Notes under the pieces: model-generated
Databases searched by the model: none
What the model was told of the DNA's origin: nothing
Seen by the model: only the letters and a program-made list of their open reading frames with translations
Program-made: the position numbers and the translations under genes
NCBI GenBank assembly: GCA_037441385.1
Contig: JBBISH010000058.1
Span: 1 to 38,496, forward strand
Source of the DNA: Myxococcales bacterium
GTDB lineage: Bacteria; Myxococcota_A; UBA9042
Direction: 5' to 3'
Length of the DNA stretch: 38,496 nucleotides
Shown here: in pieces, positions 1 to 8,883 of the stretch
Layout: every line of letters begins with the position of its first letter
How positions within the stretch are numbered: the stretch's first letter is position 1

Positions 1-1649
1 ATGCGCTCGGTCTTGCGCTGGTCCAGCTTGCGCAGCAGATCTTCGCCAAAGGTGCCCAGCTGGCTCAGGTTGGCGCGGATGATCTTGTCTTCCTTGTCGA
101 TCTGCTTGATGGTGTTGTAAAGGTTGTAGAATTCCACGTTCTGCAGCACCGGCGACTGCAGCTGGCGCGGCAGACCCCCGCCGGCCTTGGGGTTGTTCAC
201 GGCGGCGATGAAGCTCTTGTAGAACTCCTCGGGCTTGCGCGAGCGCTTGAGGAAGTCGCGCAGGGCGGGCGCCAGCACCAGCACGCGATCTTCGAACATC
301 TTCATCGCGGCTTCGGCCGGCTCGATGCGGCACAGGTTCACGTAGGCGGTTGCCTCCAAGATCCACAGCTCGGGGTAGAAGTGGTGGGCGAAATACGGGC
401 TGTGCAGGGCGTGGAAGGTGCCCAGCGCGCGCGACACGTCGCCCTTGAGGAAGTACGTCCAGCCCGACTCGTAGAACGCCGAGGCAAGCTTGGGTGAATT
501 CTTGCTGATCTTCTTGTAGTAGAAGATCGCGGCGTCGAACTGCTGGATGTCGTAGGCCAGACGAGCCAGAGCCAGGTAGCCCAAATCGACCAATGGCCGG
601 CCGTTGGGCAGCTTCTCGGCCGCCACCACCGCGCGCTGGAACGCTTCCGAGGCCGCTTTCACCTGCGCACCCGATAGCGACTCGACCTTGCCTTCGTTGT
701 CCGGCGGCGTGTCGGGGATCTCCATCAGGCCCAGCAGGTACTGCGCCTTGGGGTAGTCGGGCGAGGCGGCAGTGACGCGCTCTAGGAACGGACGCGCCTC
801 GTCCTTGACGCCAAAGTCGTTCAGCGACTCGCCCACCATGTAGAAGTACGAGTCCTGGAAGCTCTGATCAAAGGTGGCCACGGCCAGCTTGGTCAGCTCC
901 TCCATCTCGGGCGGACGGTAGATGATCTGCCGGCGCAGGTCGCGCAGCTGGGTGACCGCGGGCACAAAGAACATCTTGTCGGATCCCGACTTGACCACGT
1001 CGAGCAGCGTGTCGGCCGCGGACTGGATCAGGCCGGCGCGGGCCAAGGCGTTGGCCATGCCGTAGCGGGCGATGTAGGCCTCGTTGCTGTCGGGCGCGTA
1101 CGGAATACCGCCGACGCCTTCTTCGACGAACTTGTTGAAGATCTTGATCGCCTTAACGAATTCGCCGTCGTTGGCGTAGGCCTGACCCTGGGCCAGCACC
1201 TTGCCAGCAAAAGCGCGCCGTTGCGCCTCTTCGCGCTTGCGCTGTTCTTCGGCCAGGCGCAGCGACTCTTCCTTCAGGCGGGCCTCTTCGGCGGCCTTCT
1301 CGGCGTCGCTCATCTCCTTTTCGGCCTTCTTCTCTTTGTCGGGGCCCTTCTCGACGGGCTGCGGCTTGGTCGAGCTGGTCGACAGCATGAAGCGGATCAG
1401 CTTGTCGGTGGCGCCGCGCTTCTTCAACTCCATGATCTCTTTGGGCGTCAGCGTGAATTTGCTGCCATCCTTCTGGATCTTCTTGATGATCTGATCGTCG
1501 GTCGCCTCCGCTTCCAGCAGGACGAACACCTGCTCCAGCGTGAGCGCCCAAGCCTGGGCTGCGTGGCCGACGCCGACCAGCAGCGCTGCGGCCAACAGGG
1601 GCCCGCGGGCGTGGCGTTGCAACCGTTCGAGCATGCTCACTTTCTTCAT
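1..1649 (-). CDS. gltC: TPR protein, GltC-like gliding-motility protein (3' end runs off the window)
   Basis: Absent from the ORF track because there is no stop in the window. Read manually from ATG 1649 (GGAG upstream): MKKVSMLERLQRHARGPLLAAALLVGVGHAAQAWA signal peptide, then TPR-like segments such as LGYLALARLAYDIQQFDAAIFYYKKISKNSPKLASAFYESGWTYFLKGDVSRALGTFHALHSPYFAHHFYPELWILEA. It lies downstream of two barrel genes, as in the myxobacterial gltB-gltA-gltC order. Confidence 0.75.
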   Translation of the reverse strand, partial: MKKVSMLERLQRHARGPLLAAALLVGVGHAAQAWALTLEQVFVLLEAEATDDQIIKKIQKDGSKFTLTPKEIMELKKRGATDKLIRFMLSTSSTKPQPVEKGPDKEKKAEKEMSDAEKAAEEARLKEESLRLAEEQRKREEAQRRAFAGKVLAQGQAYANDGEFVKAIKIFNKFVEEGVGGIPYAPDSNEAYIARYGMANALARAGLIQSAADTLLDVVKSGSDKMFFVPAVTQLRDLRRQIIYRPPEMEELTKLAVATFDQSFQDSYFYMVGESLNDFGVKDEARPFLERVTAASPDYPKAQYLLGLMEIPDTPPDNEGKVESLSGAQVKAASEAFQRAVVAAEKLPNGRPLVDLGYLALARLAYDIQQFDAAIFYYKKISKNSPKLASAFYESGWTYFLKGDVSRALGTFHALHSPYFAHHFYPELWILEATAYVNLCRIEPAEAAMKMFEDRVLVLAPALRDFLKRSRKPEEFYKSFIAAVNNPKAGGGLPRQLQSPVLQNVEFYNLYNTIKQIDKEDKIIRANLSQLGTFGEDLLRKLDQRKTER

Positions 1650-1753
1650 CTCGGGCTCCGTCAGGGCGCCAGCGCGGCCGGGCCTGCTAGGACTTGGAAC
1701 TCACCACCCCATCTTGCTTTTTTGGGCGGCGTCGTGGGTAGGGCGGCGGCTCG

Positions 1754-2713
1754 CTATTGCGGCGGCGCCGTGAAGTAGGTCAGCGCGATGGTGGTCGCCA
1801 GCGGGTGCGACAGACCGCCGGTGGGCGTGTCCTTCTTGTCGTCGTACGCCGGATAAAACAACTGGTGGAAATCGATGCGGAACGCCAGGCGCTCGGTCAG
1901 GTAGAACTGCGCGTAGCCGCCCACGTTGCCGCCCGGATCGATGCGCGTCTTGGCCTCAGCGGCGTTTTGCACGGTCACCTTAGTGGCGATGGCGCCGATG
2001 CCGACGCAGAGCGCCAGGTCGAATTCGAACAACCGCGTAGAGAAGAAGCGGATCTTGCCGTGCATCAGGTTCCAGTCCGCGCCGGCCGAGGCGTAGCCCA
2101 GCAACGTCTGCGGCAAACGCACCTTCAGCTCGTAGCCACCGTCGTCGCGCTTGCCCTGCAGCTTGGCGGGCAGCGACGAGGCGATGTCGAAGGTGTAGGC
2201 CCCGTGAACGGCCAGCGCCAAGTCCTCAGAGATGTAGTAGTTGTAGCCAAGCCCGCCGACCACGTAGGTCCAGAAATCGTCGTTGGGCACCACGCCGGTA
2301 ATGAGCGAGAAGCCGTGGCGACCCTCTTTGATCACCGCGCGCTTCTGCACCACGCGGATGTCGCGGCGGACCGCCCATTCCATGCGGCTGCCCGGGGGCA
2401 CGACGTCGTCGCCAATCCCATACAGGTCTTGGTCAACGCCGCCCGCGCTGCCCAGGTCAGGCATGTCCTCGCCTTTCTTGGCTTTGCCCGGCTTGGCCTC
2501 GGGCTTGGGCTCGGGTTTGGCTTCGGGAGCCGGCTCGGCCTTGGGCTCTTCGGCCTTGGCAGGCTCGGCCGCCGGTGCATCGACCTTGGGCGTGTCGGCC
2601 GGTGCCGCTTCGTCGGCATGGGCGGCCCCAGCATAGGCCGCCGCGGCAAGCAGTGCTACGGCAAGCGGTGCGGCAGCCAGCGGCAGCGAGCGGAGAAGGG
2701 AGAGAGTGCGCAT
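1754..2713 (-). CDS. gltA: Outer-membrane beta-barrel protein, GltA/GltB family (GltA by position)
   Basis: Start moved to ATG 2713 (GAGG upstream). Signal peptide ends AAHA, followed by a P/A/E/K-rich linker, the motif IRVVQKRAVIKEGRH..PNDDF, HGKIRFF..FDL and amphipathic beta strands. The A versus B assignment rests on gene order only. Confidence 0.65.
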   Translation of the reverse strand: MRTLSLLRSLPLAAAPLAVALLAAAAYAGAAHADEAAPADTPKVDAPAAEPAKAEEPKAEPAPEAKPEPKPEAKPGKAKKGEDMPDLGSAGGVDQDLYGIGDDVVPPGSRMEWAVRRDIRVVQKRAVIKEGRHGFSLITGVVPNDDFWTYVVGGLGYNYYISEDLALAVHGAYTFDIASSLPAKLQGKRDDGGYELKVRLPQTLLGYASAGADWNLMHGKIRFFSTRLFEFDLALCVGIGAIATKVTVQNAAEAKTRIDPGGNVGGYAQFYLTERLAFRIDFHQLFYPAYDDKKDTPTGGLSHPLATTIALTYFTAPPQ

Positions 2714-2788
2714 GCGAACCTCGCAAAGGGTCTCGGCCGGGGAGCGGCAGGGGATCGTCAGGCGGAACACGAGTGGGCCAGCCCACCA

Positions 2789-3544
2789 CTACTTGCTTAG
2801 CAGCGCCACGCCGAGCGTGAATTCCGCCGGAGCCAAGAACGACACCGACGACTGCGGCACGTACAGGTACTGCTTGTAGTCGAGGTGGAGATTCAGGAAC
2901 CGGGTCAGGTAAAAGCGGAAGCCTGCACCCCAGTGGCCGGCCACCTTCGTCATTGCCACCGCCGCCTTGTTGCCCACCGACTCGTCGATATCGACGTTGA
3001 CCATGCCGACGCCCAGCGACAACGACAGGTCGAAGCTGGTCAGCTTCTTGTCAAAGATGCCGAACTTGCCGTGGAACGGGCTGTAGCTCACGTCCAGGGC
3101 GCCCAGCCAGTTCAGCTTGGGAACCTTTTGCGCACCGTGGGTCAAGTCGATGCAGTTGGCCTGATCGCCATTGACGCAAGTGAGGTACGAGCCGATCTTG
3201 GACGGACTCGACATCAGGTACGAGAAGTCGCCTTCGATCGCCACGGTGTCGGTGATGAAGTAGCCCACCCGACCGCCGACCGACGTGAACAGGTAGAAAT
3301 TGTCGTTGGGGACCGTGCCGAACTTGACCATGCCCTCGAAGCCGCCTTTGCGCTCGTAGAGCGGGTTGTTCAGCGACAGCACGGCCTGGTCGGTGTCCCA
3401 GTATTTGGCCAGTTCCTTATCGATCGGCTCCTTTTGCTCGGCTTGCGCCAAGGTAGGCAGAGCCAGCGACGCCAGAGCGAGCAAGCCTGCGCACAGGCGG
3501 GCAACCAGCGGGCGCGGTTGGAACAGGGTGTTCAGCGTGGTCAT
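2789..3544 (-). CDS. gltB: Outer-membrane beta-barrel protein, GltA/GltB family (GltB by position)
   Basis: Signal peptide ends LAQA. Paralogous to the neighbour (PNDNF, PFHGKFGIF..FDL, GAGFRFYLT). The symbol rests on gene order only. Confidence 0.6.
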   Translation of the reverse strand: MTTLNTLFQPRPLVARLCAGLLALASLALPTLAQAEQKEPIDKELAKYWDTDQAVLSLNNPLYERKGGFEGMVKFGTVPNDNFYLFTSVGGRVGYFITDTVAIEGDFSYLMSSPSKIGSYLTCVNGDQANCIDLTHGAQKVPKLNWLGALDVSYSPFHGKFGIFDKKLTSFDLSLSLGVGMVNVDIDESVGNKAAVAMTKVAGHWGAGFRFYLTRFLNLHLDYKQYLYVPQSSVSFLAPAEFTLGVALLSK

Positions 3545-3600
3545 GGTTCTAGGTCCTTTGGTCCGCCGCTCCGCCTGGAGCGACCGTCCAGCGGGTTACG

Positions 3601-5724
3601 CTACTTGGAGCACGAGGCGCAGGTGGCCGAGCAAGTTCCGCCGCAGCAGAATTGCCCGTCGCTGGCGCCGCAGCGCAGCAGATCTGGGGCATTGGCCGAC
3701 TTGCAGGTGCCGCCCATGGCGCAGTGGTTGGGGGCGCAGGCCTCGCCGCCGCCGCACTCGCTCGACGCGCTGCAAGCGACGTTGAACATCAAGCGGCGAT
3801 CGCGCAGTGCGTTGCCGCCCGACTGCTGGAACTGGAAGTCGGGGCTCCAGTCACCGCTGCCCGTGGGCGGGGTGAAGGTGCCCGCCAAGCTGGCAAACAG
3901 CGGATTGGTGAAGCGGAGTTCGCCGCGCATCGCCATGGTGGTGCCGACCGGCATCGGCGAGCTGGGGTCGCCAATCGCGATGCGGTTGTCCAGGACGCCG
4001 ACGCGCCAAGAACCACCCAGGGCGTGGCGCACGCCGCTGACAGCGGTACCAATGGCCTTGTAGAACTCGTCTGGATCCTCTTGCACGAATTCGACCTGGT
4101 TCAAGAACTGGAACGTGCCGTCCGAGCGGCAGGCCAGTTCCATCAGCATCGGGTCGGGATCCGTGTTGCCCTTGCTCTGCAGTTGGATGACGTGGACGTG
4201 GACTGGGAAACCGGCCTTGGCCATGTCGGCGAGCAGTTCTTTGTAGTGCGTGGTCGCCGTGGTGCACTCCGACCGGCATTGGCCGACCTTGCCGTCGAAT
4301 TCGGCCTTGGGATCGCTAAAGTGGAAATTCTCGCTCTTGGTGCAGGTGTCCGGGCCGTCGGTGATCAGCACGATGTGCTTGGCGTTGCCGCCCTTTTGCG
4401 AATCGGGCGCCGACACCATGGTCCGGAGGAACTTGTAGGCGGTGTCCACAGCTTCGATCATCGGAGCGCGGCCGACACCGTTGTAGCGAGCGCGAGCGTC
4501 GATGCCAAAGCGGTTGTGCGACTTCTTTTCCGCGCTGGAACCGAAGCACTTCTTCATCGCGTCTTGCGGGTTCATCAGGTCGTAAGTGTCGTTGGTCGAC
4601 AGCGAGGCGTCGCAGCGGTACTCGTTCTTGGTGTCGCAGTTGTCGTCGCTAGTGCAGACGAACTGTTCTTTGCCGGGCTGAATCTGCACGGCACCGGTGC
4701 CGTCGTCGCGGCGGCAGCGAGCCGAGTCGGTGCAGCCGACCTTGACGCCATCGGCCTCGTCGAAAAGCATTGTCATCACGCGGTCTTGCGAGTTGAGCTG
4801 ATCGATGAGCAACTGCGCCGCCTGCACGCGAATGAAGTACTTGTCCGAGCTGCACTTGCCGAACTGCTCCGGCGCCTTGGTGTTGGCCGGCAGATCTTCG
4901 GCGAACTTGGTGGCATCGATGCACGACTGCGTGTTGATCACCACCTGGCCGCTGGTCGAGCCCGAGTGATCGACCAGAATCACCACGTTCTGCCAAGTCT
5001 CGGTGGCACTGGGGCTGCAGCGCCGCGAGTTCTGTCTGAACGCTACCGCCGATGCCGTGCTGGTCACCTGGTTCATCGACGTCTTGCAGGTGGTCGGATC
5101 ATCTTTGCCCGCGCGGGGTTCGATGCACTGGGCCTGCAACTTGAACATCTGCGGCGCCACCGTGGAGCCGAACTCGGCGCTGGTGGTCACCAGTTGCTGC
5201 TCCACGCGCTCGCCGTCGCGGATCTGCAGATCCTTGTCGCCCTTGCAGGCCGGGTTGACCCCGCTCAGATCGTTGGACACCAGGTTGACGTTGAACTCGA
5301 AGCCGTTGGGGACCACGGACGCCTGGCCGGCGTAGGGCTGACCCGAGTCGGGATCGACGATGGGCGCGCCGCAAGCGCGGGTGATCTTGCCCGAGGTCTT
5401 GTCGACCTTGGCCGGGAAGGCCGAGACCACGTGGACGCGGTCGAACTTGATGTCCACCAAGCTGAAACGCGCGGTAGAGTCGCACGACGTCAGACCACCG
5501 GTGACGGCCCAGCCAAGACCGAGGGTGCTCAGTACCAACGTGGCGGGGATCGCCAGGCGAGCCGACCCGCGCCAAGTGCGGAGCAGGGCGCGGATCGAGC
5601 GATCGTCGCTGCTGGTCGCGCGGGAGTGTTCGCTCAACCCCGCATGCGGCTGTGCCAAATTCGATCGTACCGGCGTTTGGTTCGATCCCGCGTGGGCTGG
5701 CTGGGTGGGGTTCGGAGTGGGCAT
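3601..5724 (-). CDS. Cys-rich von Willebrand A (VWA) domain lipoprotein, CglB-like adhesin
   Basis: ATG 5724 with GAGG upstream. Hydrophobic stretch ends in lipobox LTSC. VWA hallmarks NVVILVDHSGS (DxSxS), HIVLITDGPD, VHVHVIQL and LMELACRSDGTFQF. Many Cys, including a Cys-rich C-terminal tail. First gene of the glt-like operon. Confidence 0.7.
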   Translation of the reverse strand: MPTPNPTQPAHAGSNQTPVRSNLAQPHAGLSEHSRATSSDDRSIRALLRTWRGSARLAIPATLVLSTLGLGWAVTGGLTSCDSTARFSLVDIKFDRVHVVSAFPAKVDKTSGKITRACGAPIVDPDSGQPYAGQASVVPNGFEFNVNLVSNDLSGVNPACKGDKDLQIRDGERVEQQLVTTSAEFGSTVAPQMFKLQAQCIEPRAGKDDPTTCKTSMNQVTSTASAVAFRQNSRRCSPSATETWQNVVILVDHSGSTSGQVVINTQSCIDATKFAEDLPANTKAPEQFGKCSSDKYFIRVQAAQLLIDQLNSQDRVMTMLFDEADGVKVGCTDSARCRRDDGTGAVQIQPGKEQFVCTSDDNCDTKNEYRCDASLSTNDTYDLMNPQDAMKKCFGSSAEKKSHNRFGIDARARYNGVGRAPMIEAVDTAYKFLRTMVSAPDSQKGGNAKHIVLITDGPDTCTKSENFHFSDPKAEFDGKVGQCRSECTTATTHYKELLADMAKAGFPVHVHVIQLQSKGNTDPDPMLMELACRSDGTFQFLNQVEFVQEDPDEFYKAIGTAVSGVRHALGGSWRVGVLDNRIAIGDPSSPMPVGTTMAMRGELRFTNPLFASLAGTFTPPTGSGDWSPDFQFQQSGGNALRDRRLMFNVACSASSECGGGEACAPNHCAMGGTCKSANAPDLLRCGASDGQFCCGGTCSATCASCSK

Positions 5725-5897
5725 GGTGCCTCGTGTGGCGCAGATTTGCGGGCGGTGCGGCGATCGGCTCGCTGCCGCCAAGCCATCGGCAAGGTGGAGT
5801 AGTCCGCCCTGCCGCGAAGTTGGCGCTGCAGCGTGTCGCCAAACTTCGCTGAATCATTTGCTTCTTTTCGAGACACACCTGGGGCGGCCTCGGCAGA

Positions 5898-5934
5898 AGC
5901 AAGCAATGTTTCCCTTGCTTGCTCGCCAAGTCAA
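5898..5934 (-). promoter_or_regulatory. Candidate sigma70-type promoter for the glt-like operon, overlapped by a 9-bp inverted repeat
   Basis: Minus strand TTGACT (5934-5929)-N17-AAACAT (5911-5906). Perfect inverted repeat AGCAAGCAA-N8-TTGCTTGCT at 5898-5923. Confidence 0.35.
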
Positions 5935-6220
5935 GCGCATTGCGGAACTGTCTGCCTTTGAGGCTGCGGGCGAGGCGGGGGCGCCCCGCCCAGCGCGGCC
6001 GGATTGGCCGGGCCGGCCTGCGCAAGCTGGGCGTGTTGGCCCCGGCAGAGGTCGCCAGCGTGAATCGATCGTTGACGGGCGGCACCGCAGCCAGTAAATT
6101 TTGAGGTTTCGACGCATGGTCGCCCGCGTCGGTCACGCCCAAGGGGAGCCGCCGACCGAAACCGGTAAGGAACCCATGCTCTTGAGCAAGTTGCGTACTG
6201 TGAGCCACCCTGAGTGAGTT

Positions 6221-6331
6221 CCGCCAAGAGAACGTGCAGTGCGCCAAGAGAACGTGCAGTGCGCCAAGAGAACCTGCACTGCGCCAAGAGAACGTGCAGT
6301 GCGCCAAGAGAACCTGCAATGCGCCAAGAGA
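6221..6331. repeat. 20-bp tandem repeat, about 5.5 copies, consensus GCGCCAAGAGAACSTGCAVT
   Basis: Units start at 6221, 6241, 6261, 6281, 6301 and a partial unit at 6321. There are no spacers. Intergenic between divergent operons. Confidence 0.95.
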
Positions 6332-6440
6332 GTTGCGCTAGATTGAGTCGAGCAGGCCAAATCCGGCCGCCCCACGCCGCCCCGACGCGGACAACCGGCC
6401 GCACCAGCTTTGCTTCACTACTTGGTCCAGGAGAGTCGCG

Positions 6441-8843
6441 ATGACCCACCTTCCCTCGTTTCTTTCGGCCCGACTGGCTCCCCCGACGGCGGTTCAAGCC
6501 ACCTTGCGCACGGTCGCGCTGGCGCTGGGCATGCTCGGTGCCCTGTCGGGCTGTGGTTCGGACCAGACCAACACCCAGAACGGCCCGACGCAGAGCATCG
6601 CGGACTTTGCCTGCGTCAACACCGCCAGCAGCGGCCAGGTGGACTGCAAGGCCTCGCCCGAGCTGACCAATATCGTCACGGCCAAGAAGACCTACGCCAA
6701 CTCGACCGACTCGTTGGCCGTGGGCTCGGTGAACAAGGGTGACCACCAGAGCTACGACTACGAGGTCAAGAACATCGCCTCGATCACCACGGCGGCGGCC
6801 CTGCAGATCGCCTCGGTGCGCTTTGACTACACCACGGTGTCGCCCAGCGAGACGGCCGAGGACAAGGCGCTGGTCTGCCAGAACGCCGATGGTATCGACT
6901 GTGCCCAGCTGGACGGCAAGTGGCGCAAGATCGTGCCGATCGGCAGCACGCTGGGCGCCGGCCAGACGACTTCGGAGAAGATTCGCATCACGTTCAAGCG
7001 CTTTGACGACAAGGAGCGCTCGGCTAAGCTGCTCATTACCTTCAAGGGTGTCGATCCGGCCAACCCCACGTTCCAGTTCACCGTCAAGGCCAAGATCGGC
7101 TCGCCCTCGGCCAGCTTCCAGTCCGCCAAGACCGAGGATCCCAAAGGCGGCATGAATTTCCCGTACGTGGCGCCGGGCTCGTGCGAGAGCCGCGAAGTCA
7201 GCCTGCTGAACACGGGCGAGGCGATGCTGCAGGTGCACGCGTTCGACGTGGGCGCTCTGGATCCGTCGTTCGCGCTCAAGCTCATCAAGCCCGCCGACGT
7301 GGACACCAATGCGCACGCTGGCGGCACGCCGTGGGTGTTGCCCAAGGACTTGGAAGTGGCGCCGGGGAGCTCGGCCACGCTGCTGGTCACGTTCTGCCCC
7401 AAGGACGACAAGAAGAAGTCGGGCACCGTGTCGATCAAGAAGTCGAGCAATGACGGCAACGCCCAAGACCTGGTGCTGCAAGCCAACAGTGCCGTGCCGT
7501 GCATCAAGACGAGCGTCACGACCTACAATTTTGGCGGCACGATTCCCGGCCAAGAGCCCGCCAAGCTGTCTGTGGACATCTGCAACTGCGGCCCCGTCGA
7601 GTTGGACGTCAACAGCATGGATTTTGTGGCGGCAGAGACCAACAGCACCGAGTTCGGCATCGACATGGACGCCTTGTACGCCGCGCAGAAGATCGCCAGC
7701 CCGCCGCCCGTTTCGAGCAGCAACCCGCTGAAGATCGCCGTGGGCAAGTGCGAGCAGATCGTGGTCTCGTACTCGCCGGCAGACTTGACGCCCGACGAGA
7801 ACAACCCCGACAAGGCGACGATCGCCTTTGGCTCCAATGCCTATGTGACGCCCAAGCTGGCGGTCAAGGGCATTGGCGTGGACCAGACCTGCCCGCTCGC
7901 CAAAGTGACCGTGCAAGAAGGCGAAGAGACCGTGCCGCAGACGCTGCTGCACTTGGTCGGCAGCAAGTCGGTGGCGCCCGGCGGCGGCTCGATCAAGAAG
8001 TACAAGTGGACGGTCAAGCAGCCGGCCGGGTCGAACCAGCCGCTGCTGCCCAACGCCACCTTTGCCAATCCGACCTTGCTGGCCAACGCTGCGGGCGAGT
8101 ACTCGTTCTGCCTGGACGTGTGGGACCAGAACGATCAGCAGAGCTGCACGCCCACTTGCGTGACCGTGCTCGTGATCCCCAACGACGCCATCCACGTGGA
8201 ATTGCTGTGGGATACCCCGGCCGATCCGGATCAGACCGACACGGGACCGGCCGCGGGCGCGGACATGGACTTGCACTTTGGCCACCCGCTGGCGGCCGAG
8301 TTGGACCTGGACTGCGACGGCACGGCCGACCCGTGGTTCGCCAACCCCTGGGATACCTTCTGGTTCAACGCCCAGCCCGAGTGGGGCAGCCCGTCGGCGG
8401 CCGTCAAGGACAACCCGTCGCTGGACCTGGACGACACGGACGGCGCCGGTCCCGAAAACTTGAACCTGATCCAGCCCGAAGGCGACCAAGATGCAGAAGT
8501 CGCCTACTCGGTGGGCGTGCACTACTGGAATGACCACGGCTACGGCACTTCGTACGCCACCGTGTCGATCTACATCCAGGGCGGTCTGGCGCTGCAGTTC
8601 ACCAAGGTCAAGATGGACCCGCTGGACATGTGGTATGTGGGCAAGATCTGGTGGCCCAACACCGCGTCGGGCGGCACCAAGAAGGTGTTCGAGACGTGCT
8701 ACCAGAGCGGCTTCTCGTGCACCGAGAAGAAGAACCTGATGTGGCAGCCCAAGGGCGATTGGTGCATCACCAAGTGCTACAACAACGCGACCTTTGTGGG
8801 CGCAGTGGGCGGCGGCGCGGCGGCGAGTAGCTGCAAGCCGTAG
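6441..8843 (+). CDS. Large lipoprotein: tandem Ig-like (ASH/choice-of-anchor D-like) domains, PKD-like domain, Asp-rich C-terminal domain (paralog 1)
   Basis: AGGAG RBS, lipobox LSGC, ASH-like motifs (VSLLNTGEAMLQV, VDICNCGPVELDV), PKD-like IKKYKWTVKQP..AGEYSFCLDV, and C-terminal IHVELLWDTP..DMDLH..DNPSLDLDDTDGAGPENLN. Confidence 0.8.
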   Translation: MTHLPSFLSARLAPPTAVQATLRTVALALGMLGALSGCGSDQTNTQNGPTQSIADFACVNTASSGQVDCKASPELTNIVTAKKTYANSTDSLAVGSVNKGDHQSYDYEVKNIASITTAAALQIASVRFDYTTVSPSETAEDKALVCQNADGIDCAQLDGKWRKIVPIGSTLGAGQTTSEKIRITFKRFDDKERSAKLLITFKGVDPANPTFQFTVKAKIGSPSASFQSAKTEDPKGGMNFPYVAPGSCESREVSLLNTGEAMLQVHAFDVGALDPSFALKLIKPADVDTNAHAGGTPWVLPKDLEVAPGSSATLLVTFCPKDDKKKSGTVSIKKSSNDGNAQDLVLQANSAVPCIKTSVTTYNFGGTIPGQEPAKLSVDICNCGPVELDVNSMDFVAAETNSTEFGIDMDALYAAQKIASPPPVSSSNPLKIAVGKCEQIVVSYSPADLTPDENNPDKATIAFGSNAYVTPKLAVKGIGVDQTCPLAKVTVQEGEETVPQTLLHLVGSKSVAPGGGSIKKYKWTVKQPAGSNQPLLPNATFANPTLLANAAGEYSFCLDVWDQNDQQSCTPTCVTVLVIPNDAIHVELLWDTPADPDQTDTGPAAGADMDLHFGHPLAAELDLDCDGTADPWFANPWDTFWFNAQPEWGSPSAAVKDNPSLDLDDTDGAGPENLNLIQPEGDQDAEVAYSVGVHYWNDHGYGTSYATVSIYIQGGLALQFTKVKMDPLDMWYVGKIWWPNTASGGTKKVFETCYQSGFSCTEKKNLMWQPKGDWCITKCYNNATFVGAVGGGAAASSCKP

Positions 8844-8883
8844 CCCAGCGGGCGGTCGCCTGGCGTGCCGCACCGGAGTGGCC

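Noticed and set aside
6221..6331. CRISPR array
   Set aside because: The repeats are head-to-tail 20-mers with no unique spacers, and no cas genes are present in the window.
5099..6375. Small ORFs crossing the 20-bp repeat (LLAHCTFSWR repeats)
   Set aside because: The peptide repeats are a by-product of the DNA repeat, there is no RBS or coding-like bias, and the longer ORF overlaps the VWA gene out of frame.
6398..6414. Possible sigma54 promoter before lipoprotein 1 (CCGCACCAGCTTTGCT)
   Set aside because: The -12 element is good, but the invariant -24 GG is CG.
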